DNA of 64,000 bases from Anthoceros angustus (lineage: Eukaryota; Plantae; Anthocerotophyta). Positions 50,401 to 63,721 of this stretch are shown here, one piece after another. The notes under the pieces are model-generated. The model made no database searches. It was not told where the DNA came from and saw only the letters and a list, made by a program, of their open reading frames with translations. The stretch spans positions 372,001-436,000 of the forward strand of contig MU008201.1 of NCBI GenBank assembly GCA_010909165.1, in the 5' to 3' direction. The position numbers and the translations under genes are program-made. Numbering within the stretch: position 1 is the stretch's first letter; each line of letters opens with the position of its first letter.

Positions 50401-51890
50401 ACCAAGATGCGTGCAAAACCAAATAAAGATTTGGCACGATCGCCGATCGCGAATCGAGTATGTAAAGGAAGGGACCCGCCTCCTTTATGATAGTCGACAT
50501 GCATTTTCCGCAAACTTCACCGAGATGGATGGGTCCGTACCAAGTGGTGCAAGTATATGACAACGGGTCCGTCCGCCACGACTAGATGGAGAGTCGTTGC
50601 CCACTGGGTAAACGGGTGGGGTGAAGAAGATTATGCTTAGTGTTGGCGAGACGCCAATGATGAGAAGGGAGTATGGGCTATGCACTTCGGGAGTTAAGAA
50701 CAAGTAGGGTTTCGCTTTTTAGGATTGAAGGATAAATAAGGCGAAAAGGAGGAATAAATTGGGGTAGCGCCGGACGAGGCTCGAGTATACTCCGACTGAG
50801 TGAACAACGGACCCTGCATTACTATGGCAAGCTCCCGACGCCGAGTAACGGATAAGTCCGGAACCCACTCCAGTGTCAAAATAGGATAAGTACGCCAGGA
50901 AAGTAACCTAGGAGCGAGGCGTGAGGATGACGAGGCGGCGCCACGTGGACGGCCCCGAGTGGAGGTCGGGCATGCAGGCCAGACGAATTGCAGAGGCCGC
51001 AGGCAGTATTCACGCCTGGCCGGGCGGCGTGGCGGCCGAGTAAGCGAGGGTCGAGTAAGCCATGCACTCGCGCTACGACAACGGCGCCTTCCGCCAGAAG
51101 CATTTTCCACAAGCGCGGAGGGAGGTCAGCCGCAGCCTCCGCATCCTTGCGCCCGCAATCCGGCTCGCGCCTTTTGGGCGCACGGAGCGACCGTCAAGGT
51201 TGGAGCAACAACGCGCGGCGAGGAACATCGCGCCGGACTCGCAAATACCGTGGCCAAATTCGACGAGAACATCATAACCCGATGATGTCCGCCGCAGCTT
51301 GGTAAGTGATAGGGGAACCCATTTCCTTAATGATGTGGTGGCCGCCATGACGGAGTATTTCGCATCAATCATCGCAAGACGACCTAAGGCCAATGGGTCG
51401 ACAGAAGACAAATGGGCTCATCTCATCCAGGATCAATAAACTCACAGTGAACTACGCCCATGATCGATACTAAGTCGCCATCCGTGACCTGTGCCCGGAC
51501 AGCAGAAGGTGACCACACAACGGACCCCTTACTTGACCTACGACACTCTCCGTAATGCCGAGAGTTTGAAGTGCCCACTTTTCGAGTAATGATGGAAGGG
51601 AGATCAGAGGAAAGCCACCGAGCGACTCTTGGGGTTTGTTCAAAGACACGAGGATGGAAGAAGCTCACCAAGATGCAGCTTGGTGCAAAACCAAATAAAG
51701 ATTTGGCACGATCGCCGATCGCGAATCGTGAGTATGTAAAGGAAGGGACCCGCCTCCTTTATGATAGTCGACATGCATTTTCCGTGCAAACTTCACCGAG
51801 ATGGATGGGTCCGTACCAAGTGGTGCAAGTATATGACAACGGGTCCGCCCACCTAGATGGAGAGCTGCCCACTGGGTAAACGGGTGGCGG
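44410..51890 (+). pseudogene. Heavily frameshifted gag-pol region with two internal tandem duplications
   Basis: Gag-like IQLFQGVLRG..KNAFLERF, RT at ~47200-47850, RNase H at ~48040-48330 (repeated at ~49045-49300), integrase at ~48650-50630 (3' part repeated at 51240-51890). Confidence 0.85.
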
Positions 51891-51944
51891 GTGAAGAAGT
51901 ATCATGCTTAGTGTTGGCGAGACGCCAATGATGAGAAGGGAGTA

Positions 51945-54900
51945 TGGGCTATGCACTGGGAGTTAAGAACAAGTAGGGTTTCGCTTTTTAGGATTGAAGG
52001 ATAAATAAGGCGAAAAGGAGGAATAAATTGGGGTAGCGCCGGACGAGGCTCGGAGTATACTCCGACTGAGTGAACAAACCCCACCACTATGGCAAGCTCC
52101 GGACTACGGAGTAACGGATAAGTCCGAACCCACCCATGTCAAAATAGGATAAGTACGCCAGGAAAGTAACCTAGGAGCGAGGCGTGAGGATGACGAGGCG
52201 GCGCCACGGACGGCCCCGAGTGGAGGTCGGGCATGCAGGCCGAACTGCGAGGCCGCAGGCAGTATTCACGCCTGCCGCGCGCCGGCAGTAAGCGAAGCGA
52301 GGGTCGTAAGCCATGCACCGCACGGACAACGAAGAGGCGCCTTCCGCCAGCTTACTTCGCCGGCCAGGGAGGTCATTTCACGCAGCCTCCCTCGCGCCCG
52401 CAATCCGCTCGCGCCTTTTGGGCGCCACTTAGAGCGCGCTAAGGTTGGAGCAACAAGGAGGAACATCGTGCACGGACTCCAGCCACAAGAACAAGAGGAG
52501 GAGAAAGCAATGGCACCCAAAAGCCGACGGAGTCTGGGAGCCATGGACCGTGGAGCGCAACATTGTGACCCGCGCTATCCGGACTTCGGCCCGGCCGGAG
52601 GAAGGGGGGAATTGGTGCAGGAGTGGCATCCGGACGTGTTCCAAATGGTCTCGACCTTTGACAACGCTACCTAGTCCGGAGTTTGCCCGAAGATGCGGCG
52701 ATCAACAAGGAGGTCCGATCCAAGAACCTCCGGAGGACCCGAGGCGATGGACCTTGAGGTCCCGAGGATGGCCTACAACCGCTCAAGGAGGAAGAAGGGG
52801 CGTGGTGCCGAGCCCCTTAAGGCGGCGGAAGATAGGGCCACGGCCGGGCGAGCTGAGGCTCGAACGCGGACAACCAACGGATGGTTGATATCCGATCCGC
52901 CGATCCGAGTAAGGGCGGTAGCCCGGATCATTGTCCATTGAACTCGCCACCAAGGTGGATCACCTTGGTGATAACCTGCTGGTATTCTCGCATGCGCCCA
53001 TGGGAAGAGAGGACGGGAAGGATTATCTTCCGGCCAGAGGCACGCAAGCTAAGGAGCGAGAAGCCTCGCCATCGGGGCCGACCCCATACCGATTCATGTA
53101 TGGGGACATTTCGAGCTCAAGGAGGGAGAGCTTGAGCGGCGCCAAGGCCGGAGGCCCCGCCAAGTAGAGCGTGCAAGGGCGCCTGAGGTGGGGGTCGCCC
53201 TTCAAGACCAAGCGGACTGGAGGAGGACGATCGAGGATTCCTGACTCCATACGCCCTGAGCGAACCCCTCACCACCTGTGGAAGTTTGGGAGGCGATTCC
53301 CTTCCTCCTTTTGGTGCCCTCCGAGGCACAGAGGGAGCCGATGCCGGAGGGCGGCGCACGGCTGCAACAATACCAACAACCACGACGCCGAGCCCCGACG
53401 AACTCAACGGAGCCAAGAGGCGAAGACGGTGCCACCAACGCAAAGACCTCAAGGTGCCGGACTTACCCCGCCACCTGAGTGGCAAGAGGTCAAGAGGCGG
53501 TAAGGAGGGCGAAGGACGTGGCCCAAGGAGCAGGAGGTCACCGGCAGCAGCCCACCCCGAGCCGGCCCCTGCCCCCTGTGAAGGGGCAAAAGAGCTTGCT
53601 CCGGACCCCTCACCTCCTCCGAGCCCTGTGGAGAAAGAGGGCACAAAGGAGTTAGAGGCCAAGAGGGCCAAGAGGGTGAGACTCGACCACCACTGTGACC
53701 CGAGGGTCCCGATTAGGTCCGAGAACCCACCGACCCCGATCAAGGTATGGAGGTCCTCACGATCGAGAAATGCCGGCTCCCACTACGGACTTTGTGGGGC
53801 CTCACGCGGCCGTGGAAGAAACACGGCGAAGTCCTGCTACCGCCATGGACGGAATGCTTTGGGGTCTCTGGGCAGGAGAAGACCTGTGAAGTGGAGGCCA
53901 CCCGAGGAGGATGGTGGAACCCAAGAGCAAGTGAAGGCGGCCGAGGGGCAAAGGAAAACGGAGTCCTCGCCGGATCGAGGAAGGGAAACGCCGGTGGCGG
54001 AGCGAGGCCCCGCGGTTCAAGCAGATCGTTAAGGTTCTTCACCGTAAACAAGCAAGCTCAGAGGCCCAAGCGGGCGGAGGACCTGCAAGAAGAGGGAAGC
54101 GCAGCAGAGGCGGAAGAGGCCCGGCACAAGCAGAGAGAGCTCGACCGGGCGGAGGCGGCGCCAGAGCAGCCAAGTGGGCGAGGCCTGTAAAGGCGGCGGC
54201 GAGCTCAAGCCGCGCAAGAGCGACCGGATCACCATGCACGTGATCGAACCGTGGAGAGAGCAAAATGAGGCTAACTCAAGGCGCATGCCACAGTGGAGGC
54301 CAAGACTCGGGAGATAGGGATCTCCGAGCACAGGAGGTAGAAGGGAGGCGCAGATGGAGGATGAAGGACACGCTGAGCTACAACCCAAGATGCGCTTGAG
54401 CAGTGATTCTCAACGAGAGAATCCACGACTCGAGCACGAACAGTAGCCCTCTCCTCAAGACGGAGGAAAATCGGCGACTATCCAAGGAGTTGGACGCTGC
54501 TGCTGTATGAGCCGGAGGAAGTCCCGAGCCTGGACGGAGGTATCCGATCACTGAGAGGGAGTCATGAGCTAAAGGCCGTAATGAACGGAGGAGCGAGCAC
54601 CGGAAGCGTAAAAGAAGCCGGTCCACCGAGAAAGGCGGAAGGGAACGCGCTATGGCGGTAAGCGGGCATGGAAAGGAAACGACGGAGCCGGAGCAGTGGA
54701 GCAACATGGCGGAGGTGACCGAGGCCGCCTTGTAGCCTCGCGTGATACCGGCCCACCACAACCGGGCAGGAGAGGTGGCCCAACAAGCCGAGCAAAGACG
54801 CCCACCCCGAACACACTTATGGCGAGGGAGTATCGGTGCCCGCACACGTGGAAGAGGCAATTCAACAAGTCGATCTGTGACTTTGCCTATTACCACGAGC

Positions 54901-56235
54901 TCAAGAGGCCTCGACGCCGAAACGGACGGACCTGGAAGGCTCAAGGAGATGAAGGCCACGGGGACAAAGACAGGACCCTAGTGGCCCCTGCTTGAGATGA
55001 CGGAGCGGAGAGGAGCAACCGGAGGAGCAGAACGAGGGAGCGCGGATGCGATCGAGGTAAGCACCCCGCCTCACCATGGAAGGAGGGCCAACGAAGGAGT
55101 CACGATCGGGAACATGGAGGACTTCGAGGAGAGCCACGAGGAGTCCCGTGAGGGAGGAAACCCGACTTTGTCCCAGAGGGAGGCGGAGACCTCAAGTCCG
55201 GACCGAAGTCCGGACTCAAGTCCGGACTGAATAAGTCCGGACCTCAAGTCCGGACTGAATCCGACCGAGGTCCGACCGAGACAAGGCCCGACCTAGCCGG
55301 ACTGTGAATAAGCCGACTCAAGTTCGTGAGTCGAGACAGACCTCGAGGACCGGGTCGGCAAGAAGGAGGAGCCCCTTCGACTTACGCTAGGGGAGCAGGG
55401 TGGCCCCACCGGCCAAGGACCTGTGGAGGCCAGGAGGATGACGTGGTAACGGGTCGATCCGCCAGAGCCCAACCCGGCTGTGATTCCGGGAGAGGAGGGG
55501 CCCCGCCTCACGGATCATCCGATTGGGTGCACCACAACCGCTGACGGGGATTGACCACCCATTCCGAGGCCTGTGACCTTCCCCCTGGCAAGGAGATAGG
55601 GGATAGGGGTGGTAGGCGGCCGATTAGGTATACCGAGTCAAGCACGTAATAAAGACGCCACCTTGGGCGCAGATAAGAGGGCCGGGGTCAGTAAAGCATC
55701 TTTCTTGGTGTTGATGCCGCTCTGCACCTTTGTGAGTCTTCTTGCTAACGTGAGTCCCGAGTCACCGAAAGGTGCACGGCGCCCGGGAGATTGATCAAGG
55801 TCCCGTGACGACTTAACGCTGTGGTGTGTGCAGGAAGGGTGATCGGTGATCCGTGCTCGCCGAGCCGCGTCCGACACCGAACGGATCGAACGCCGAGGAA
55901 CTCCGGAGGGCGGTCCGGACGAGAGGCCCGCGAACGACGAGGAGGTCCGGATCACAGAACTGATTTTTCTAAGACCAAGAGTGTAGCGTGAGAGGAGAGA
56001 GGGACGATGCGTGAGGATGTATGTGAACGATACGGACGCGAACGGGTCCTTAAACGCCATACCGGCTCAGACGGACGCTAGAGAAGTTAGGAGTATGTGT
56101 GTTGAGACCGAACGAGCGCTAAGGACGGAAGAATCACCAAACGCGGTAAACGCCTATCATTCCTTTGGGAACGGACTTCTTCCTACAACGACACGGACAG
56201 GCGCGCCTTACTGCCATCAGCGAAAAGTCTCAATA
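51945..56235 (+). repeat. 3' LTR (~4.29 kb), preceded by polypurine tract GAGAAGGGAG; an extra partial LTR start lies at ~50674-51235
   Basis: Colinear with the 5' LTR. Ends ..AAAGTCTCAATA, followed by the TSD ACAAC. Confidence 0.88.
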
Positions 56236-56240
56236 ACAAC

Positions 56241-58290
56241 CATATTTGCACTGAAACCGGGTCCCTTGGCCAAAAAAGGTATGTCCGGGAAACCTGCTAG
56301 GCAAAGTATATGGGCCTCTATAGGAAAGAGGCCTCCTCTTAGTTGAAGGAAAATACACATCACGAACAATGCCAACGAGTAGTAACAGCCGCCGCCTACC
56401 TGGCAAAGAAGGTGGGTCTCCGCCGAGGGGCAATCTCACAACCGTAAGCTGAGAGAGCGTGTGGCACAGGACTTAGGCGCAACCTCACTGCAGGCTGGTG
56501 CGATTCAAAGCTTGATGCAAGGCCGAGCAAGAAGCTATGAACTGCCTCCTTACTCCGGAGCAAGAGTAGATGAGCACGAGCCGCCTGGGATGGACGAAGT
56601 TCTGAGAGGCCACCACGCCTCCGCCATATTGCTTCCCATGAGGGCTCTAATCAATCCTGGAATGAACCCCAAGTGAGTAAGAAGGTGCAAGGCAGCCCAG
56701 CTCTTTGTGATGGGGAACCCCAGCCAACGAGGACATTTAGAAACCGCTTCTCCACTCCTTCGCAATGAAGGGATTCCAAATGCGAGAACTCAACGACAAA
56801 GCCGGAGACTAGGATGGGAGCAGAGAGGGCCCAACTCCCAAGAAAAGCTGCCGGGGCTAAAGCTTCCGTAGCCAAAAGACCAGTGCCCCCAAATGCAGAG
56901 GGAGGGACATATGTTGCTTGGCCAAGTCCTCAGAAGCGCACTCCAAAGGTGCCTAGGCCAATGATATCGGCTAGCGCCTGCATAACCTACCTATCAAAAC
57001 CCCTCAAGCTCGACAAGAATCCCAGGAAGGGCGGAACTGTGCGGAGGAGGTAGCCTTTGCACTTCAAAATCTTCACCTTCAGATCGAGGCGTGAGAGCTC
57101 CAAAGAGAAAAGACCAAATGCCCCCTTGACCCGGTCACCAAGCCTCATGATATGGGTGTCGTCCGCCACCGAGGGATACAAACAATCTTAAAACGAGATG
57201 GGCATGAGTTATGAACGAAAGCTCCAAATAAGCCGCAAAAGGGCGCCCCAACTATCCTCTTGCTTGGCAGTGCCATATACACCTTAAACCGCCTCATCAA
57301 GGGGTCTGCAAGTAGAAATTGAAGGAGATCCGTGGAGCTAAAGGATAAGGTCAAGCTGCCCACTTGCATCCCCTCGAGTCGCGAAATGGCCGCCTCGAGA
57401 CCGGTGGTTAAAAGCATTTTTACATCCACCTAATGCGACTCATAGGATGGGACCCAAGATCGCCCCACCTCAAAGCCACGGACTAAGACCCCTCAAAGTA
57501 GCTGCTCGAATATCGCGGGCCGAGAGTGACCCTCGGAATTGTCTCCCGAAGTTGGATGGCAATGCTGCGATTAACTAACCGCAAAAACGCCTCCCCCACT
57601 ACTATGGGACGAATCCTGTGGGTGGGGTTCTCCATAGCCAACAAGCGACTAGCGCCCAACCCTTGAGGCCAAGGGGTCCCTGCCACCACAGCCAAAGAGA
57701 ACAACTCAGAACCCGAGGATCTGCAAAGTAACTAAGATGTTATAGACTTCTCGGCGCATTCTTGCGAAGTGGTGAAGAGATACAGGCCCACCGACGACAT
57801 TGCACAAAACAAAAAGGCCTCGCCAAGTCCTTGATGTCAGTATCGGGATCGCCTAATGCCGCTGGCTGAGGAAAGTAAGGGCGCTAATAGTCTCCTCTCG
57901 TAGCCGGCGCCTAATCGGGCTTTTGGCTCGACATCAGTGCCACCAGCAAAAAAGACATCGCTAAGATGCACCCCTCCCAGGCGTGACCGCCTCGGTGGCC
58001 TAAAACCGCCGAGGAAGGCAATCACACACCACTTTGGGGAGGAAAACCAGAGAGGATAACCGACCAAAATAGGTGAGCTCCGCCGAGGGATTCGAAACCG
58101 GGATTCGTGGCAGTAGCCGTGGAGAAGCGATCAACTTGTCTCCCGCCGACGGAAGCTATCAAGGTGGACCACCGGACGAACCGGAGGTCCAGAGTGGTAA
58201 ACCTCGGCTTGGAGTGAGGAGTAGCGCATAAATATAAAAAGCCAGATCCCACAATCGAGCCTCCTGTATGTGGATCCGTTATGAAAGTCA
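56241..58290 (-). mobile_element. 5' and central part (RT) of the interrupted CRE-like non-LTR element
   Basis: RLLAMENPTHRIRPIVVGEAFLRLV (RT domains 1-2), SVADDTHI (catalytic), YLLRTVPP..FDR, LAPAAFLGSWALSAP. The frame RFPDIPFLAKGPGFSANMV continues as VTDPTRD across the gypsy insertion. Confidence 0.85.
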
Positions 58291-61129
58291 ATTAATGTGG
58301 CTGTCTCGATGATCTCACCTTGTGTCTGGCTAGTTACCGAGACACCGAATAACCCATTTAGTAATTATTTCAACGACAAGAGGTCCGTGCTCTCTCTAAG
58401 AGAGACACACCCACTGCATACTACCCGTGCCGTGAAGACACAGTGGAAGTGATGGGTGGTATACACCTTAGAGCTAATTCAACACTGTGGGCGCCGAATA
58501 TCTTTGTGGTATAAGGAGATATCTGGGATATCATGATGTTGGGGATCAGAGATGGGTATGCACAATCCTCATCATCGCTTAGGATTTTGAACACATAGTA
58601 TCGTAGCAAAGCTTATCCTTCTCAACAGGTCGCCAAGTACTTAAAACAATTAATCATTCGTAACTCACTATCCTCTGGGCCATCAGAAGAGATCCCAAGG
58701 GGAATTAATAGTATTTAGGATGAATCTAGCCATTTTAAGAGACATTCTACAAAACCTGATTTTATATAGATCAAAACCGGGCCGGACACTTTGTATAGGT
58801 AACCTGAGGTAGTTAATTGGGCGGCTAAATATCTTGGCCTGCATGCTTACACTTTGAAGGAAGCATCCCGATGGATCAACAATGCTGTACTAGATAGGGA
58901 GGGTTTCCGCACCGGGACCAAAGGCGATCACACCTACAATTGCTAACAATGCTCGGATCTCTCAGTAAGGAGGCACTACCAGCAGAATTCGAACCCCTCA
59001 AGATGCGGCTTAGACCCACGTGAATTCACCGCGACGATACACCTCAAGTTCTCCGGCGAGGAGGCGTATCACAGCCAAGATCCTTGCCCAACCACATACA
59101 AGGAGATGGATCACTGCCGGGATGCCTCAATGGTTAGTCGAGGCTTACCAACCGCTACCACCACAACTTAGAAGAGGAGGTCGTGACTACCACGTTGGTA
59201 TTTCCACTCATGCTGTAGATGTCAAGTAATAATCTCCTCCACCCTAAGGCCGAAGATTATGCTGGTGAGTCAGATCGCACCGACGAGCCGCCTTAGCTCT
59301 TCAGGGAGGGTCCGAGAGACGATCCCGATGGAGGACGCATGTGGCGCTTCACCCATTTCAAGCTCCGGAGGCAAGACGAGAACGGAGACGGCGAACCTTC
59401 ACCCCTAAAGTGTGACTCAGCAACCTTCTCAAGTTTAAGAAAGGCATGCCCTCCTCGCCGAAGCCGGTAATCGCAATCAAAAGTACTGGAGTTTTATGTT
59501 GCCATTCAAGGTCACGCACGAGAGTGCCGCAAGAAGAGAGGTCGAGAGCTGCAGGTCACCTGATCAGACAAACAATGGTCAGTAATTAGAGGAGCTACTT
59601 AAGACAATGAGGCAAAGACCGTGAGAAGATACTTTCACGTGCTCTGCCCCCAAATAATCGAAAGTTACATCAGATGCGGGGTGAAGGAGGTCCTTCACAA
59701 TTTGGAGGCAGAGCCACCCATCACAATACATACATGCACCCAAGGTGGGGTTGCCAATCTCACCTTCAAGCTCGGATACTCATCCTTCCTGTGTGGAAAC
59801 AGCCTGGGGCAAGTTACTGGGCATGCCAGATTGAGATCCAACGCCATCACAATTATGGGACAAGGCACTTCCGATGCCATCTTCCCCCGAGACCATATTC
59901 GGCTTGACTAAGGCTTACCTTGGAGCCTCATTTACTCCTCGTCCCACAAATGGGCAAGAACCTTTGGCTTTCCATGACTCACCAATTGCACCTAAGGGAG
60001 CGTATCTTAAGATGTTTAAGACGATCTTCACTACGGAACAGGTACTTTGTTTCTGTGACCACAAGTCCCTGCCTTTGGGCCTATTCAAGACCGGAGCGCC
60101 TCAAGACGGCCATGCGCATGCTTTCTTCATTACCTCTCTCGTAGGAGCGGCATCTACAGAGGAGCCGCCAAAGGACTCCATGGGAGATAGCTTCTACCAC
60201 TGCTCATACGATTTTTGTGTACCCGCCAGGGAGTGTGACAAACAATTAACTGTCTGCAGAATCAAGTACTGGCTTGAGCGCTGGCCGGAGTTACCGAGAT
60301 CCACCTGAGCTCTACACCCGAAGAAGGAGACTGTTGTGAATACTTAAATAACACAGTAATGACCGTCGTAGGGAATAGTATTTAGTCGATGATCGAACGC
60401 GTGGTTTCTTCGAAGAGACACTCGATGTATAATTATTTAAGACACACTTTCCGGTCATCCGGGCCATGACACCTTTAGCAGCTAATTCAAATAACTCTAA
60501 AGGCCGAGATATCTTTGTGAGTACATAGTTTATTCTTCGGACTTAGCAATGCTAGACTAGATACAAGAGATGTAATCCATCGCTAGGATTTCCAATATTG
60601 TCCGGCCGAAGTCCTGTCAACTAAGCCGATGTGGTTCCCAACTTCGAGCCTCAAAAAATTTTCCAGACAGTAAGTAAAAAGGTAACTCGAAAGCAAGAGA
60701 TCAAGCATATCCATGGTATAATACCCTAAACGGTAGAAGATGCAAAGAATACCTTGTTAAGAAAAGATGGTATCACCTAAAGAGAACCCACCCGATTATC
60801 CCTGTGGTGGGCCCTACCAAACCTCGTCCCTCGAGGTGGCTTCACCACACCCATTTAACGCCCCACCGCCATATCAGCACGCTTAGCTAAGCGCTTCACG
60901 CGCCCGCAATCTTTGCCGCTGCGCTCAACTCCAACTCCACCGGGCGTACCGAGGCCACCACACGCTTACAAGGTCAACGCCACCGCCGTGGCCGAAGCCA
61001 CCGCTGGGCGGTCTCGCCTCACGCCGGTGGTCCTACTCACCACACGGCCTCACGCCAATGCCAGACACTAATCTTAATTAATCGCTTATGTTAATTAAGC
61101 GTTGATTAGTGTAAATTAAACATGGTTAG

Positions 61130-61280
61130 CAATAGCTAAATGAATAAGCCCAATTTATATGCTTTAGCATATTCCTTGCATATTATAGTGTATTCTTAGG
61201 ATGCAATAGCTAAGTGGATAAGCTGAAGTTATATACTTTAGCATATTCCTTGCATATTACAGTGTATTCTCAGGATATTT
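61130..61280. repeat. ~75-bp tandem duplication
   Basis: Two copies of AATAGCTAA..CTTTAGCATATTCCTTGCATATTA(T/C)AGTGTATTCT. Confidence 0.8.
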
Positions 61281-61719
61281 CCGGCATATGCTTATGCCAA
61301 TAGGATATCTTAGGAATATGCCGATGCCAATGGCTAGTATATAGACTTTCGCTAGGATCGAGCCCATCATAGCTTGTCCTCTAGATATGCAATGGAAGAG
61401 TGTTGTGAGGAGGCCAAAGCAATGACTCCGAGAGCGATGTGTAAGGAATGTGTGTGTTGTTCTCATGGGGAGAGTGTGTTTGTGCCACAACGTGCGAGCT
61501 ACTTTCTCTTATTGTTATTGGTTTGCACCTATACTTGCATATTAGATTTGTTTTGCTTGGTTGTTTGTTGAGGGATCTGAATTCAAGTGCTTACCTCGTA
61601 CGACAACTCCAAGGGCAGTAGAAAAAAGGGGCGACTAAAAGTAAAAGTGATCATAAATAATTAAATAAGAAGTATGTATTCGTTTTCTATTAAAAAAGGA
61701 TGGGATAACGTCCTTGTGC

Positions 61720-62115
61720 AATCTTGAACGTCAGATGGTATCGTGAAAAAATTGGATAATCTACTTGTATGATTTTGAACGAGAGACATTGTTAATCGAT
61801 TTTGAACGTGAGACCTTGGATAATCTACTTGTACGATTTTGAACGTAAGACCTTGTTAATCGATTTTGAACGTGAGACCTTGTTAATCGATTTTGAACGT
61901 GAGACCTTGGATAATCTACTTGTACGATTTTGAACGTGAGACCTTGTTATTCGATTTTGAACGTGAGACCTTGTTAATCGATTTTGAACGTGAGACTTTG
62001 TTAATCGATTTTGAATGTGAAGCCTTGTTAATTGATTTTGAACGTGAAGCCTTGTTAATCGATTTTGAACGTGAGACCTTGTTAATCGATTTTGAGCGTG
62101 AAACATTGTTAATCA
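61720..62115. repeat. 27-bp minisatellite GATTTTGAACGTGAGACCTTGTTAATC with interspersed GGATAATCTACTTGTAC variants
   Basis: Directly visible, about 12 units. Confidence 0.95.
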
Positions 62116-63721
62116 ATCGATGTCCGCAAATGTAATTTTCAACCAAAGAAGTTTGGTAATACCACTTATTTATGTAAAGGAGTGGAAGGCAAAAAGCGTT
62201 CACATGGACAAAACATATAGGTTCAATAATATTATTTTGTTGGGAGTTCCGGCACATCCTCAGACCTCCAAAAGGACATGTTTCCCCATTAGAAGATCAT
62301 TTTTCGCGTTCTTTTTGCACAGTGCGTGCATAAGTTTGTGCATAACGTTGTTTAGACGTGCACTTATGCGCGCCTAGGCCCCCTGGTATACAAAACCATA
62401 CAAAACCACACAAAATGCAGAAACTATGACAAAATTATGGAACAATGAGGTCACTGGCCCTTCATCACACCAACTAAATCGCCATGAACCTCGAGTACGC
62501 CACAGTGTAAATGACTGGTGAAGTGGTGCTCGAGCAGAATGCAAACTAATGGATGAACACCTACAAAACCAATAAAACCAAACCAACTCCGCGAAAATAG
62601 GTTGGGATTTTCCAAAACCCCTTTGACAGAGAGTCCCTCGTACATAGACGTCAAGTATATGTGGATACATTTAGATTTATATATGTGTCTGGTGCATATG
62701 TACCAAAGCAACTCCCAAATCCTAAGAGGGTTGTACCAATTACTTGCTAGTCTACTTGCTTAAACTTTGCAATAATTTTCCTTTCGAAGAGGGATGATAT
62801 CATACCATAATCACTAGGCAACAAATTCAAATCACCCACACAACCAGCATCATTCGGACATAAACCTTGAGGTGTGACAATAATGCTTACTCCATGTTTA
62901 CAAGAATCAATCAGCCATCCTTGCCTTGGCAACAAACAAGTCATATTAAAAGCGTGGCCGCACCAATTTGCTAATTGACCTGTTAGAACCGATGAAAAAG
63001 CAATTCTTGCAGCGCTCGGCGGAAAATTCGGTCAATCGTTCTCTGCAAAAGTGAAGAGGAAAAAGAGGAAATGTGCTGCCATAACACTGATATCAATCGC
63101 TCAATCAATATGAACAGCAGATGCAAATATGAACACCAGGATAAGGCAAACCTTGACCATAGTGTTCATAGAACCAAGAAGGATAGCCATCATGGAAAAT
63201 AAGAATTTGAGATAAAACAAATAGAGTAGCTTGCATTGCATATCCTTCACATATATAGGAAGTATAGGCTATATCATTCGATAGAAATCTCATTTTTCTT
63301 GAAAAGATTTTTTATTTTTCATAAATTAAATAGACATATCTAATGATACTTATGAATAAGTTAATCAATACTTTCCAAAAATAAATTTTCAGTTACCCTG
63401 CTTGTTATTTACCATCTTTCTATTGGATTTATTCGGTCTTTTCTATCATGTATCCTTTCTTGGTGAATTTGACTCTTTGTTATAGGAACTAAATGGTCTT
63501 ATCCATTTAGACTTGGTATTCTCAAGCTAATGCTCAAGATATCCTATGGATCTTTCTTCCTCAAATAGCTTTACTTGCAATGGATATGCTCACATAATTT
63601 TTTAGTGAAATTGGAGACTTCATAGCTATTTCAAAGTATACATCAAAGTCTCGCTCTCGGATAGTGATTTCACCTACAGTAACTCCGTAGAGCACTAACG
63701 TCTTGCAGCCCCACGCACTAT

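Larger units (their letters stand above)
39044..56235 (+). mobile_element. Full-length Ty3/gypsy LTR retrotransposon (non-chromovirus, Athila-like), nested in the CRE element; TSD ACAAC
   Basis: Paired LTRs, and ACAAC at both 39039-39043 and 56236-56240. It has a PBS and a polypurine tract. Order is gag, RT (FLDGYSGYNQ, EWGTLAYK, FMEIFPDDF), RNase H (FHVYVD, RHYLL, IARW), integrase (KWGIDFVGP, SDRGTHF, PRWMGPY). Confidence 0.93.
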
